From positions 80,183 to 144,182 of the forward strand of contig NW_003314262.1 of the NCBI RefSeq assembly GCF_000143415.4: a DNA stretch of 64,000 nt, read 5' to 3'. The notes under the pieces are model-generated. The model was not told the DNA's origin. It worked only from the letters and a program-made list of their open reading frames with translations, and searched no databases. The translations under genes and the position numbers were made by a program. Numbering within the stretch: the first letter of the stretch is position 1; every line of letters starts with the position of its first letter. Of this stretch, positions 48,901 through 63,519 are shown piece after piece. Source of the stretch: Selaginella moellendorffii. Taxonomy: Eukaryota; Plantae; Lycopodiophyta.

Positions 48901-50007
48901 GAAGAAGCTAGCTATGCATGATCAACACTCAGTCGAAAATAAAGTGAAGACTATGAGATGGACTCATATTAATACACAACCTCCTCATAGACAAAGCTAT
49001 AGTGCAAGTACCAACATCTCAACCTCAAATAACTAAGCTAAACACCACCATACTCAGCCAAGGCACATACTACCAAGACTAAATTAGGATCAGTGAGAGC
49101 TCACTACTCTCATAGAGTTTTAACGAAATGCAAGATGCAATCTACCACCAAGCACAATGCTACAGAAAAAAGCACAAGGGTCATCTTTCTAAAAAAGTGC
49201 AATAGCCACTTTTCTATACCAACTCCAATCCTATCCAACTCAATTGCCTTAGCCCCAAAAGTTAGCATCTTTTTTGAGCTACATCATACAAATTATCTAC
49301 TAAGGTTTAAGCTAACCAAAGTCAACTCCAATCCCCTTCACTAGTTTATATTGACTTATAAAAACAGAATGGTTTTCGAGCAAAGTGACCGACAGATCAA
49401 CCATTGAAAAAGTCTAAGAAAATTTGTGGAAAATTTTCCATCCTAGAGAAAAAATGACTCTCAATCCAGCAATGCAAACTTTCAAGAAACAACTTCACAT
49501 AGGTTCACCTCAACACAAATTCTCATGACATATAGTATGCTTAAGCCTCGAACATCATGCCCATATTTCCAACATCTAACACCGATATTCACAAAATGCA
49601 AAATGAACATCTAAGACTTGATCACGAAGACTATATCTTTGGATATCCACATTGCACTAACACTCTTCTTCAATCATTTACAAGATCCAATATGAAGCAA
49701 AAACACTAACAAGAAAAATGACATGGAAAATCAAGCTTTAAAGAAAGTTCCTCATCATTTAACATAACTATGTCATCTCCACTAGCATAGGTGCTAGCAA
49801 AATTAATGCTTTAACTACACATCTTTTCCATCCAATAATTTACTCCAAGTGTTAACGAGTAAACCAACAAGCCATAGCAAGTGAACATTATAACCCTTTC
49901 CAACACCTTATAGGCAAACCCTCAAGGAAACAATGTACCAACTCAAACTTAGTATAATGGACCACCATCAAGAATCCAATTAAAGCTACAATAATGCTAC
50001 TATATGT

Positions 50008-51088
50008 TGTAAGCCACAATTTTTTTCCTTCCAATTTGCTAGCTTACCTCGTATATCCAACCACCACAGCCTTAGCCTTAGTTAAATTCCTTCACCAAGA
50101 TTCCTACCTATTGTACCAACTCCTACTTCCTACTTGGTTTTAGTTACTCACTGCACAAGTAACGAAGCATTATTCATGCATTCACGGATTTCCAAATTTC
50201 TCCCAATCCCCCTCCCCGGGTTAAACTAGACTTAAGGTTCGGTTACACTCCTCGCAGGCACAAGCAGCCAAACACACCAAGCCATCAAATTCCTAACATC
50301 CCTTGGTACAACAAAACTTGATTATGGGACCTTCTAAATCCCAAGCCTTGGATGCAACATTTGCTTCAGGACACTGGGGGGAAATACCGTGGCCTAACGG
50401 CCCGATATAAGTACTCCTACTCCCCCACTTTTATCCCAAAGGGAAGGCCCAAGCCCCTAGGAAGGGCGAGGACCAATGAGCCGCAAGGTACTCAAGTGGG
50501 ACACCACTCCATATGAGCTAGGAGCACCGCAGTCAGTTTCCTTTCCAAGAATGGGAGTTGCTTTTAGGCATTTCCTTGGGTGGCCCCTCTAGCACCACCC
50601 GAGTCCATGCTCACTCCCACCTAAGGCCCTTTAGCCTCAATCTCAACCTCAAGTCAGTTTGAAAGCACCACTAGAGAGTTCCTTCAATATTGATTCTTAG
50701 ACCTCATTATCCCTACTATACTTTTTGGAACCCCCTATAACCCCTCCCCCCCCCGGGAGACACATGCTTTGGGCTTTCACCCCTTGACCTATATTATTAT
50801 TCGGACTCGGACCTAATCTTAGACTCTATCTCAGACTTGATCTCGGACTCGGTCTTGGACCCGATCTCGGATTTTAGACTCGGTCTCAAACTTAGTCTCG
50901 GACTTGGTCTTGAACTTGGTCTCAGAGTTGGCCTCGAACTCGATCCCAAACTCTGTCTCGAACTCGGTCTTAGAGTCGGTCTTGGACTCGATCTTAAACT
51001 CGGTCCCATCCGATGAACTCTTCATCATTTGGATTGTGCCTTTAGGGATCCTTTAGCCTACGACATCTCGGGGAGTTAGTTCGTTACA
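50008..51088 (-). mobile_element. Solo LTR of family C
   Basis: tgtaagccac...gttaca, homologous to 57935-59113, with no PBS or PPT. Flanks TATGT and CATAT fit a decayed CATGT TSD. Confidence 0.88.
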
Positions 51089-53149
51089 CATATAAAAATA
51101 CTAGTTTCACCATCAACCACTTTGGGGTTGATCATCATTTAACCAAGAAACTTCGTAAACACATTGCTCATTATCACATGGATATGATATAAGTATCATC
51201 ATGACTTGATCATTAATTGAGCAACACCATGAGCAATACCTATATCACTACTACAAAGGTTTATATAAATATTAACTGCCAACTCGATTCGATAAAATGC
51301 AACATAAATGCCACATCCCACTGATAGAGATTTATAACACTTAACACCATTAACTTTTGTTCATAACATGGACAAACTCATGCCACTCTCTTTCCGACTA
51401 AACTCAAAATTAATCCAACACCAAGTTACTCAAGGAGCAATAGCAAGATTCCCGGGAAAAGAATTAAGCATTATAACTCAAGTCTTCCAATACCAAGCCT
51501 AGACAAAACGGTTTAGTACTTCACTGCTATCCATCCCATGACTCACCACTTGTAAGACCATCATTTCCAACATGCGTCAAGATAAAGATTCTTGATTGGA
51601 TAAAGTGAATACAAGCAATGAGTTAACACATTGTTGCAAATTATTTCTCTAAGAGGAGAAAATGATTTACGTGTTTGATCTTTCATCTTCGATGACTCTC
51701 TTTTCGGTCTCATCTTTTATCAAACCTCAAGCTTGCGTTCGCATTGCCTTTAGTTCAATCCAAGAAAAGCTTATAAGAGAGCATGACAATGATTACTTGA
51801 ACCAATAAACTAATCCCTATAGTTTTGATTAATCCACTTATAATCATGCTTAGGAAAGATCCACTAGTGCCATGCTAAAATAGCTATGAACCAGCCTATT
51901 TACCACTCATAGCAAACCCAGGGAAGGTGAACTTTTACCCATGGTACAAGGAACAACTTATGGTAACTATTGATAGGCTAACATTAATCCTGCCAACTCA
52001 AAGTGTAACCTTGAGTTGCTAATGTGCCTTAGTCACGAGTTGAAGTGAAACTTGTGCAAAATAGTATACCTCAAATCCATCTTACCAACTCAGAGTATAA
52101 CCTTGAGTTGCTAATGTGCCTCACTCAAAAGTCCAAGCACAAACTCATGCAAACAAAACAGCTCATTCCATTCTATGAGCCCAATAGCAAGCTCACATAA
52201 TACAATACAAAAAAGTAACCAAAATCCATACCCAATCAATGAATGTGAAGCCTTTGCACCCAAACGTGTACCCACTTGGATCATCGCTTTCATCTCTGTG
52301 TATGCAATAAGACTAGTTGCCCAATCTAATTGAATAGTACTCGCTAAGACCCCCCCCCCCCCCCTGGGAGACGCACGCTTTGGGCTTTCACCCCTTGACC
52401 CGTATTAGTATTTGGACTTAGTCTAGAATTCGATCTCGGACTCGATCTTGGACCCGACTTTAGACTCGGTCTCGGACTCGATCTCAGACCTGATCTCGGA
52501 CTCGACTTCGGACTCGACCTCGGACTCAGTCTCAGACCCGATTTGAATCTTGGACTCTGTCTCGAACTCGGTCTCCGATTCGGCCTCAGACTTGATCCCG
52601 GACTCTATCTCGAACTCGGTCTCAGAGTCGGTCCCATCCGATGAACTCTTTGTCATTTCGGTCATGCTTTCGGGGATCCTTTAGCCTACGACACCTCGGG
52701 GAGTCGATTCCTTACAACCCCACCACCCATAGAAGAAGTTCGATGCCCACATCGAACGTCTCTTTTTATCCTACAACTTGTTAACCATGTCTCCGAGGGC
52801 ATCCCCCCACTTAGCGGTGTGCCTAAGTTAGCCTCCCCGGCCAAGAGCCCATGACAACGGAATATAGGTGTCTCTATACCCCTCACCTCACCACGCCCTA
52901 GTATGGGGTCGGGACTTGAACCCAGCCTTGCTTTACTAGGGGGTTGGGACTCGAACCCAACCTCCGTAGAATACATCTACAAATTCGACATCCCCGTGGG
53001 GAGTCGGGTGTAGTGCCCTACGCCTGGTCGACCTAGCCAACCCATGCTAATTAGCTTACCTTCAGCGCGCCATTGGGTCCTAACATATGCCTTTGCTCAA
53101 CTTCACAAATTGATATTTTAATTGAACTTTGCATAAGTACATAGAGTTC

Positions 53150-56100
53150 TGCCTTATAGAAATTCCTCCACTAGATCTTGCACGTTCGCTAGGTTCTCTT
53201 CCGGTTCCCATGTTGCTTCGCAGTGTGGAAATCCTTTCCACTTTACATAGAACTCTCTCACCTCGCGTCTTTGTCACTTGCTCTTGCGCTCATTGAGGAT
53301 GGCCTCGACTTCGTATTCCTCTTCCCCTTGGATAACCTCAGGTAAAGGTCTTACTTGGTCCTTGCGAAGCAAATCCTCAAAGTACTGCTTGAGTAAGTTC
53401 ACGTGGAACACGGGGTGCATCTTCCCCATCTCTCGAGGAAGTCGAAGACGGTAAACCACTTTACTGATTCGTGCTTCAATCTCGTAAAGCCCCGCAAACC
53501 TGCTTAAGGAACTCAAGATCAATTCATTTACAGGAATACATGCATTTTTACCTTTGGGTCAACTTCCGGCTGATCCCACTTGGTAGCTTGAGGTTCTTGG
53601 TGTTCAGCCACAACTTCTCCCCAGCTTGGAACTCTACATCCCGGCGCTTCTGGTTCGCATACTTGGTTTGCCTTTGTTGAGCCCATTTCAAGGAATCCCT
53701 CACTAGATTCCAAATGCTGAGTCTCTTCGCTGTGAATGCCTCCACTACGGGTAACTCTCTGTGATACTCGGCCACGCCGAGTTCCACAGGACCTTCAATA
53801 GTTCGCCCATTGATGACTTCCCATGGACTCACCCCGATACTCGAATGTGGTGAGTTGTTATAACACATTTCCACAAGTCCCAAATGATTTACCCAATCAG
53901 TCTGGTCTCCCGAGACATAGCATCGCAAATAATCCTCTAGCTGCCTATTCACTCTTTTCGTTTGTCCGTCTGTCAAGAAGTGTTAGTGCCATCAAACTTG
54001 ACTTAATACCCAATACCTGTCTGTGGGTGATAGGCTGTGCTAAATTTCAACTTGGTGCGATACTGTTCCAAGAGAGTCCTTCAGAACCTACTAGTGAAGA
54101 TCTTATCTCGATCTGAGATAATCTCTTCCAGCCTTCCCCAACTCAAACCACTTGTTCGAAAAATAGCTTTGCCACACCTTCCGCATCCACTCTCGTTGTG
54201 GTGGGTATGAAATGTGTCATTTTCAAAAATCGGTCCACCACCACGAATATCGCATCAAACCCTTCGCTTGGGGGGAGTCCCATGATGAAGTCCATCATAA
54301 GACATTTCCACGGACGATCTGGAATTGGGATGCTTTGCAACAAGCCCCCACTAGCCTTAGTCATGGCTTTGACCTGCTAGCATGTTGGACATGTCCTTAC
54401 ATAGTCTTGGACATCCTTAACCATATCTGGCCAATGGTACTTCCTCTTGAGTAAGCCCAGGCACTCTGCCGTGTCTTGCAAGAGGTCCATCATGACACTC
54501 TTCTAAGGCTACCTTCCTTAGTTCCCCTTCTGGAACATACACCCTCGTTTGCTTGTAATAGATGAGTCCATTGTGTTTTGCATAGCCCGTTTTCTCTTCC
54601 GTTGGCACCTCACCTCTCTAGTGAGCTTCCCGTGCTTCTAGATTCCTTAGCAACACTTCTTGGGCTAGACCATTATTCTCATATGCTGTCCACACATCAT
54701 CCCAAAAGGTTGTTGTCGCGCTGGATATTGCCAACCTCAAGCTCGCTTTTTGACTTAGCGCATCCACCACGATGTTGCTCTTCCTAGGCTTGTATAGAAT
54801 CTCGCAATCAAACTCAGCCAAGGCATTGGCCCACTGACCTTGTTTCCCTCTCAGGTCGGGCTATGACAAGAAGTGTTTCGTTGCCACATTGTCCATGTAA
54901 ACCTTGAAGTGTCTCTCAAGGTAGTGTCGCCACTCCTTGAGTGCCTTGACCACCACAAAAAATTCCTTCTCGTGGGCAAGCCACTTCCGTTGAGCCTTGT
55001 CCAACTTCTTCGAGAAGAACGCTACTGGATGGTTGTCTTGCTTCAAAACTGCGCCCAACGCAAAGTCCAAAGCATCCGTTTCTACCTCAAAGTCCTTACC
55101 AAAGTCTAGTAATGCCAACACGGGAGCCTTCCTCAACTTCCCTTTGAGGTGGACAAATGCCACCTCGCATTCCGCTGTCCATACCATCTTCCCTTTTCCT
55201 GTTTAGTCCGTTAAGGGCAGGGCTACTCTCGAATAGTGTCTGATAAACTTTTTGTAGTAGTTGCATAGCCCCAAGAACGCCCTCAACTCATGTACATTCG
55301 ATGGTCGCTCCCATTCCTGGATCGCTTGGACCTTCTCCGGGTCCACCTTGAGCCCGTCCTAGCCCACCACATGCCCGAGAAACTTTACCTCTTGTTGAGC
55401 AAAGTCACATTTGCTCTCTTTAGCATACAGTTTGTGTTCCCTTGGTTTCTCAAACACCTTCGCCAAGTGTTCGGCATGCTCCTCTAGCATCTCGCTATAG
55501 ATCAAGATGTCGTCAATATAGACGACCACAAAGTGATCCAGATATGGTTCACATGGTTCATCAACGCCGAAAACGTTGCTAGCGCATTGCACAGCCTAAA
55601 GGGCATCACCAAAAACTCAAAGCTCCCATACCTGGTTCGACAGGTTGTCTTCTCGACATCTTCCTCTACTACCCTTATCTGGTAGTATCCTGACCTCAGG
55701 TCAATCCTCGAGAAGTATTTTGCATTTCCCAACCTATCGAACAGGTCCTCAATCCTTGGCAAAGGGTACTTGTTCTTCTTTATATACTTGTTGAGCAACC
55801 GGTAATCTATGCACATACGCATAGATCCATCTTTCTTTTTCACAAATAACACCGGCACCCCATACGGCAACTTGCTCAACCTAACATACCCTTTGTCCAC
55901 CAATTCTTTTAGTTGGCACTTGAGCTCCTCGAGTTCTTTTTCGTTCAAACGATAAAGGGGACAAACCACCGCCTCAGCACCCTCGACCAGCTCAATCTTA
56001 TGTTCTATCGGTCGTGTGGGGGGCAACCCCGCCGGTAGCTCCTCCGGCATGGTATCCTGGAATTGGTCCAACACCCGCTAGATCACTAAAGGTACTTCTT

Positions 56101-57900
56101 CCGTTCCTGTCTTTTTGTCACTCTTCACTAAGAGTAAGCACAAAAATGTTGCCTTAGTTCCTTTAGTGAGTTGTCCTCTCGTGGACACCAGGTTTAAGTA
56201 GGAATCTTTGGCCTTGCTTTGCCCTACCTTTAGATCCTAGGCCTCCACCCTAGATCTTCTTCCTTGGGCATTCGCCAGTACCACAAGGTTTCTACCTTGT
56301 CCATGCAGGGCTACCACGAACCGATTGAACCAATCCATTGCAAAGATCACGTCAAATCCCGCCATGTCCAACACAGTGAAATCCATGTCCACTTTCCATA
56401 TCCCTACTTCGACTTTCGCTTGACGAAGTACCTCATCAGTGCTTTGGCTACCTTGAACAAACTCTATAGTCCTTGGTTCCCCTAGCCGCTGCACCGTTAA
56501 TCCGGTTTGCCAGACTATGTCTGCAGCCACAAAATTATCTGAAGCACCCGTGTCAATAAGGATCTTAACAAAGCTACCTCCGAGCTTCCCTCAGAGGGCT
56601 AAGTAGATGTTGCGAACGACTCTCTACCAAAGTTGCTCGTGTAATGAGTAACTTTGACTTAGGGACTGGATCACATACCTCAGTTTGGATTTCACCCAAC
56701 TTGATGGCCATATTGGCTCTAGCCTTCTTCGGGTAGGGACATTCCCTCGAAAAGTGTCCCGCCTCACCGTAGTTGTAGCATACATTGTTTCCTACGCTGC
56801 TATATGACTTGACCTTCTTATCCGTGGGTTTGTCTCTTTTTGCTTGACTCCCCCACGTACTCACTCGCTGGCAACTGGATTTGCCTTTCCGGAACCCCGA
56901 GGACTCATTCTTAGAGAAACTCTTCTTGAATTTCCCTCTGCTATATGTTCCCCGTGGTTTGGCCCCTTTGCTAAACGTGGACCCCGACCCCGTCATGTTC
57001 CCCTTTCGCAGGTTGTTGAAATGCACCTTGATGGCCGCATCTAACGCTTCCTTGTAGTTGGTTGGGTTCCAACGCATCACCTCACCGCGAGCCCAGGTTT
57101 GCATACCTGATATGAAGGCATGGAACACATCCATATCCCCCATATCCGTGACAAGTATCCTCTTTGCCATAAACCCATTCACATATTCTTGAATGGTTCT
57201 GGTCTGCTTCAGCCTACTCAGCTCGTCCCTTAGATGCAGAATAGCATTCGGAGGAACATAAGTCGCGTGGATCCTCGCCTTCATCATTTCCCAAGTGGCC
57301 ACTGGTCCTTCATTGGCCTCTATCGTTCTCCACCAAGACTTGGCATTATCTGCCAAGTATGGTTTTGCACATGGGACCTTCTCCGAGCTTGGTAACCACA
57401 ACGCTCGGAAGTAGTCCTCCATATCGTAAAACCAATCCTCCACCACTTTATAATCGTTCACTCCCTTAAAGATCGGTGGGGGCTTTGGTTTGTACTTGGG
57501 AACTGCCTGAGGGACTGATTCCACTTCGGTCTGTTCAACCTTGTCTGGTTTTGCCTCAGTCTCTGCTGAAGGGTCCGCACCTTCTGCACTACCAACATCC
57601 GCAGTCTTTCTCTTTTTCTTCCGCTTCTCGTCACGCTTTAGCTTGCGCACGAGAGTCTCCAATAGGTCATTGGTCTGCGCCAATTGACCTTCTAGAACGT
57701 CTAATCGAGCCTTGGACAACCGAACCTCGCCACCAGACTCCTGTTTGGAAGTTTACTCACTGGAGTTCTCCTCATGCAAGGATTCCTCATCCATAGCCTC
57801 TTGTTCGACCGGAGGCTCCAGCTCTGGCGGAGGTTCCGTCTCCGCCTGGGTTCGCTTACGCCCTGCCTTCGCCATCTCCCAGCAATCCACCTCTATCCTT
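53150..57900 (-). pseudogene. gag-pol polyprotein with chromodomain; multiple frameshifts and stops
   Basis: Gag with damaged zinc knuckle CYNYGEAGHFSRECP; protease LIDTGAS; [11 protein letters not shown] and YIDDIL; RNase H ETDALDFALGAVL; integrase MDFIMGLP and TDGQTKRVN; chromodomain YEVEAIL...FYVKWKGFPHCEATWEP. Confidence 0.93.
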
Positions 57901-58564
57901 CGCTAGAACTGAGGAAGAGACTCCGATACTAAATTGTAAGCCACAAATTTTTTCTTTCCAATTTGCCAGCTTACCTCGTCTATCCGACCAACACTGCCTT
58001 GACTTGTGCTAAGTTCCCTCGCCAAGGTTCCCGCCTATTGTACCAGCTCCTACTTGGTCCTACTTGGTTTCAGCTACTCACTGCACGAGCAACGGAGCAT
58101 TAGCCATCCATCCACGGATTCCCAAATCTCTCCTAATCCCCCTCCCCGGGTTAGACTAGACTTAAAGTTCGGCTACACTCCCCGCAGGCACAAGCAGCCA
58201 AGCACACCAAGCCTCCATGTTCCTAACACCCCTTGGTACAACAAGACTTGATCATGGGACCCTCTAAATCCCAAGCCTTGGGTGCAACACTTGCTTCGGG
58301 ACATCGGGGCGAAACACTGTGGCCTAACGGCCCGGTATGGGTACCTCTACCCCCCCCATTTCCATCCCGAAGGAAAGGCCCAAGCCCCTAGGAAGGGCGA
58401 GGACCAATGAGCCACAAGGTACTCAAGTGGGGCACCACTCCACATGAGTCGGGAGCACCGCAGTTGGTTTCCCTTTCGGGATTGGGAGCTGCTCTTGAGC
58501 ACTTCCCTGTGTGGCCCCTCCGACACCACCCAAGCCCATGCTCACTCCCACCCAAGGCCCTTTG

Positions 58565-58668
58565 NNNNNNNNNNNNNNNNNNNNNNNNNNNNNNNNNNNN
58601 NNNNNNNNNNNNNNNNNNNNNNNNNNNNNNNNNNNNNNNNNNNNNNNNNNNNNNNNNNNNNNNNNNNN
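58565..58668. other. Assembly gap (104 N) abutting a poly-C tract within the LTR
   Basis: Run of N; its size matches the equivalent stretch of the solo LTR. Confidence 0.98.
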
Positions 58669-59750
58669 AGCACCCCCCCCCCCCCCCCCCCCGGGAGACG
58701 CACGCTTTGGGCTTTCACCCCTTGACCCGTATTAGTATTTGGACTTAGTCTAGAATTCGATCTCGGACCCGACCTCAGACTTGATCAGACTTGATCTCAG
58801 ACCCGACCTCGGACTCGATCTCGGACTCGATTTCGGACTCGATCTCGGACCCAATCTCGGACTCGACTTCGGACTCGACCTCGGACTCGGTCTCGGACCC
58901 GATTTGGATCTCGGACTCTGCCTCGAACTCGGTCTCGAACTCGGTCTCCGATTCGGCCTCAGACTCGATCCTGGACTGTGTCTCGAACTCGGTCTTAGAG
59001 TCGGTCTTGGACTCGATCTTCGACTCGGTCCCATCCAATGAACTCTTTGTCATTTCGGTTATGCTTTCGGGGATCCTTTAGCCTACAACACCTCGGGGAG
59101 TCGGTTCCTTACAGTTGGTCAGTTATGCCTAACCTATCCACTATCCATATTATACATTTGAAACCCCCTATATCCCCCCCTTTTTGAGGAACACATGCTT
59201 TAGGCTTTCACCCCAAGCCTCCCTTACTATCAGGAGTTAGTCTCTAGGACAAACTTGAAACTTACTAAATATGGAATGTCCTTATATTACAAATTTGGAC
59301 ACGGGATGAACACCATTGTGTTCAGAACAATCTTTACATTTCATAGATATGTTAAATGAGTAAATCTAGACACTTTCCATAAATAGCATTTGAGACCATA
59401 TTGAGACTAACACAAAAGGCATGATAGCGAGTGTGTTTAATAAACACAGTAAGCTATCATCTAGGGATATTAAGGGACTAGTCTCAATACATGAGGGTTT
59501 TTGTCACTAGCCAGTGCAAAATATAACGAGATGGGAACTCCTTACCGGGCTAAATATGCTTAGCTAATAGCATGTAGGAATTCCGTCCTTATCTAAGTAC
59601 ACTCAAAATGCCTAATTAACTCCACTAGCATAAGAGGGACTGATAAAGGGTCTAACAATACCGACCTCCTACCATCATGGCAATAAAGAAAGAATATCCG
59701 AAAGGACAACTAACAGGTAACTTTCGATACCCGAAGTCACATTCACAACA

Positions 59751-62700
59751 ATATGTCACCAAATATAGCATTATTAATGGGAAAAAATCATTATTGAGGG
59801 GGGTAAGTATAATTATTAGATGCAATGTGGGGGTCTGAAATATCCTATAGAGATGGGAAAATAAAATCAACAATAGAGGACATTATTATTTGTGTGTAAA
59901 GTAATATAATAGATTGGTAAATTTATAGGTAATATTGGTAAATTCATATAATTATCACTATTTCCAATTTAAAGAAGCCAATCAGCCCATGAAGAGTTAT
60001 TTTAAATTAGTCTCATATTCTTTTTTAGTGGAAGTGTTTTAAAAAATTTCCATAATCTATTCATTTTTACTGAATATGAAACAATTTATACTCAATGACC
60101 ATATGGAATAACTAGTAGTGTTTATCTAAAGTCACCACTTGTAATAATAACAATTCCTCTGAAAGGTAATTCATTTTTTATATCTTTCAATTCTGAATTA
60201 ATGGCAAAAAATGCATATGTGTTAACCATGCTAATTTCATCCCATATTAACACACGTGCATTCTTAATTTTATGGCCTACTTCACTATTAGCAGTAATAA
60301 TAGAAGTAGAAGTTTCATTTATTGGAATAGAAAGTTTAAATCACAATTATGTAGTAAAGTGCTTGTAATGCCTATCTAGGCCATACTAACTACATTTTTT
60401 TTTAAAGCTGAAATATATATATAAAAGTGTGAGGAGAAAACTTTTACTAATACCACAAGAACCATTGATGAAAATATATTAATTTTTCTCGGTTGGGTTG
60501 TTAATTGTGTTGAGGATATCATAAAATATAACTTGTTGTTCATCATTAAATCAAAGTAAATTATTTTCTACAGAATTATTTAATTGTGTCAAATTAATAA
60601 GACTATTTGTATCAAAATTTGTATAAGATAAAGGCAATTTATAATCTTGATTATATTTTCCATATAGATTGAATTTGCAATTTATATCATGTAAACGCAT
60701 TCATAACAAAGTAATGGATCTATTAGCACAAAATCTTCTAAATTTTTTTTTGAATTTTTTCTATAAGGAATAAGGATTTTTTAGACTGCAAAAGACACAT
60801 AAAAACACAAATAATTGTCTTAATTGTGATAACATTTTGAAAGAGAAAGCATCTTTTAAACATTTTTTTCATTCTGTATCATGTACTAAAAGTCCCATAG
60901 TAAACACAATAAATTTAAATGTTTCAAAATAAGTATTATAAACTATTTTAAGATAATTAAAAGAAATAACCCCTCTTTTGTGAAGTAATATAAGGCATAA
61001 ATGATAAACTTCAGTATTAGATAGGGAAAACAGAATATATTTGTGAGATAATATTTCATTGATATATAATCTGCCAATGGTCAGTGCATTTATTATATGT
61101 ATAATGTAAAGGAACTTTAGGATAAATATATTGTCTTGCATTTGGGTCATACATATTTAATTCAAACCATTTTATCAATATAATACCATTTTAAGAAGTA
61201 GCTCTTTGAAGTGCAATTTGATTATTACCTAACATTCTGAAAATTTTCAAGATGAATTATAAGTGTTAAATGGCCATGCATTTTAAATTGAAAAAGTCTT
61301 CATATAGCTTTAGGAGCAGAAACATAATGGGTGTTTACAAAACTTAAAATTTCATCTTAGTTTAAGGTATTATCATATTGAGTTGCTGAATGGATTTCAA
61401 TAGTGGCATAGTTATAGCTTTTGTAAACATTTGAATATTTTTTACAAAGGTACTTGTTATAAGGCACAACCCAATGGTTATCTATATGACAACTATTTTT
61501 ACAAAACTATACATCCATTATCTAGTCTATGATAATCTTAAAATCCATTAATAGAAAATGTGGTTTCATAATTAAATTTATTGGAAAATCTTTCGAGCAA
61601 GAACAATTTTCCATACAAGGATTATTAGGATAAAAAAGGTCCACATGGTTTATGCATCATATGCAATATAACTATTTCCAAAGAGTTTAGGCTCATCACA
61701 AGGATCTGATAATCCAGCCATGATATATTAATTAATTTCATTATGATCTTTAATTTTATTTTCATGAGCTAAAATTCCTAGAAAATAACAATGTGGGAGA
61801 CCTCATTTTTGGAATTCAATTACATACATATATATGCTATACATTTTCCGAATACATGTCTTTTTGTTATGTCTTTCAAAAATTCTTTAAGTTAATATGG
61901 AAAACTCTAGAAACCAAATCAGAACAGTGTTCTAGACTTTCATTTGGATGTAATTTTTCTATAATTTCTAACTACTTAGGGTTGCAAGTGATCTAATTTG
62001 AGTAATGAGCAAAAATTGCCATTGCATGTTGATAATTTTGTTACATTACTCTAGGTCCACCACTATAACTTGAAGGTAGTATAACAATTTTACCAGATTC
62101 ATATTTTCATTTAAAGCACAATTTACAACATAATCAATAAGACCAATATACATTTGTAGTCGTAATTATTTTTAGTGGATATGATAATATTGTAAGTTAT
62201 TACTCTCAATAGGCATCAACAATATATTGTTGAGTAAGCTTGCCAACATGTAAGATTTGGTCAAAACCTAATTGTAGTGTGTCTCTTTTAGATAAACAAT
62301 ATATATAATATAGAAGTAATATGGTTCAACATCATTGTGTATTCAAAATATTTGCATGCTATCCTTTATCACCAAAAGGAAATATCAAGGGATAAACCAT
62401 AGGATCACAATTAGCATCAAGTGTTGAAATATTTATGGAAATATTTGCCATAGAATATATACAAATTTCATGTCTATGTGGGGGTTTTCCAGTTTCAGTA
62501 ACAAACAAAAACAATAGCAACATTATTTGTTTATGGTATACTATAGCATCAATGATTAGTTCTTTCATTCCTTAGTAACATATAAACACCATGTAAAAGA
62601 TGGTCTATAACTGCTACTTCACAAAGTTCTTTTTGTTCCATTTTATACATCATTTTATAAGCATGTGTATATGGATTAATTTGATGGAGGAGTGTATCAA

Positions 62701-62930
62701 GATGTAATAATAAATCTCGCTCACAACTTGTATTAAATAAGTTTTGATGCCTTATATTTGTGGCTTCTTGTATATCTAGCATATAAAGTTGCCCATAAGA
62801 TGGATTTTGATCTCTAGAAGAGTGTGACAGCATGCCATTATAGTAAATCTATCTATGAATTCTAAAGCAGTAAGGACCATTACCCCTTAAAGTGTCAATA
62901 TTAACAGCCATTGATGCAAATGCATGCATT
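59751..62930 (-). mobile_element. Decayed Helitron RepHel (Rep and N-terminal helicase part)
   Basis: PYCFRIH, PSYGQLYMLD..INPY, DPMVYPLIFPFG, EFQK*GLPH, MMHKPCG and IILTPLNND in order on the minus strand, with many stops. Termini were not identified. Confidence 0.88.
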
Positions 62931-63519
62931 ACAAAAAAAACACAAATAGATGATAAAAAATCAATTTCAAAATTTGAAATTTGTGAATCTTTGTAAATAG
63001 TGTGACTTGCTAGTGAGGTGGAGATGGTATAGTGGACATTTCTTGATGTGTATATATTTTATTTTTAATCTGAAGTAATTTGAAGCAGCTCAGGGTGCTT
63101 ATCAAAATTATTAGTATTGAAATTCTTATCAAAATGTGGTATTTTTTATAATTCTAAGAAGATGATGAAAGTAAGGTATAATTTGAAAATTTCAAGTACA
63201 AAGCTAGAAAACTATAACTTATACAAGTTTATATTTATGAACAAACTTGAATTTATAATAGAAATCTGAAACAGTGTTAGTATGTGATGGAGGCTAAGGA
63301 TATAAACAAACACGAACCTGCTGTGTACTTGGTTCTGTGTGCTTGTCTAGGGTTTTCCAATTGCTTGCTAGAGAAGGGTGTACCATAAACTAAGAAGAAA
63401 AACTAACCTTTTACTGCAAGCTGTTCTGATTCTTGGCAGTGCCCTCAAGCCGAAACTCTAATCGTGAGATTTAGGCTTATGTGAAGTAAGAGCTAAAAAA
63501 TTGTGATGTGCTGAATACA

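Larger units (their letters stand above)
52350..59113 (-). mobile_element. Ty3/Gypsy chromovirus C1 (decayed), inserted in the B1 5' LTR
   Basis: 5' LTR 57935-59113, PBS TAGTATCGGAG, PPT 52717-52730, partial 3' LTR 52350-52716. Domain order gag-PR-RT-RH-IN-chromodomain. Confidence 0.93.
12438..59750 (-). mobile_element. LTR retrotransposon B1 (decayed Gypsy-like); outer LTR element of the nest
   Basis: 3' LTR 12438-13587 is followed by the PPT complement ctcttccccccttag. The internal region is split into 13588-13799, 46480-50007 and 51089-52349, colinear with B2. The 5' LTR remainder is 59114-59750. No TSD was found, but Helitron helicase sequence continues on both sides. Confidence 0.8.

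Noticed and set aside
12433-59755. TSD for element B1
   Set aside because: Flanks GTAAA and ATATG do not match; the boundary rests on LTR homology and Helitron continuity.
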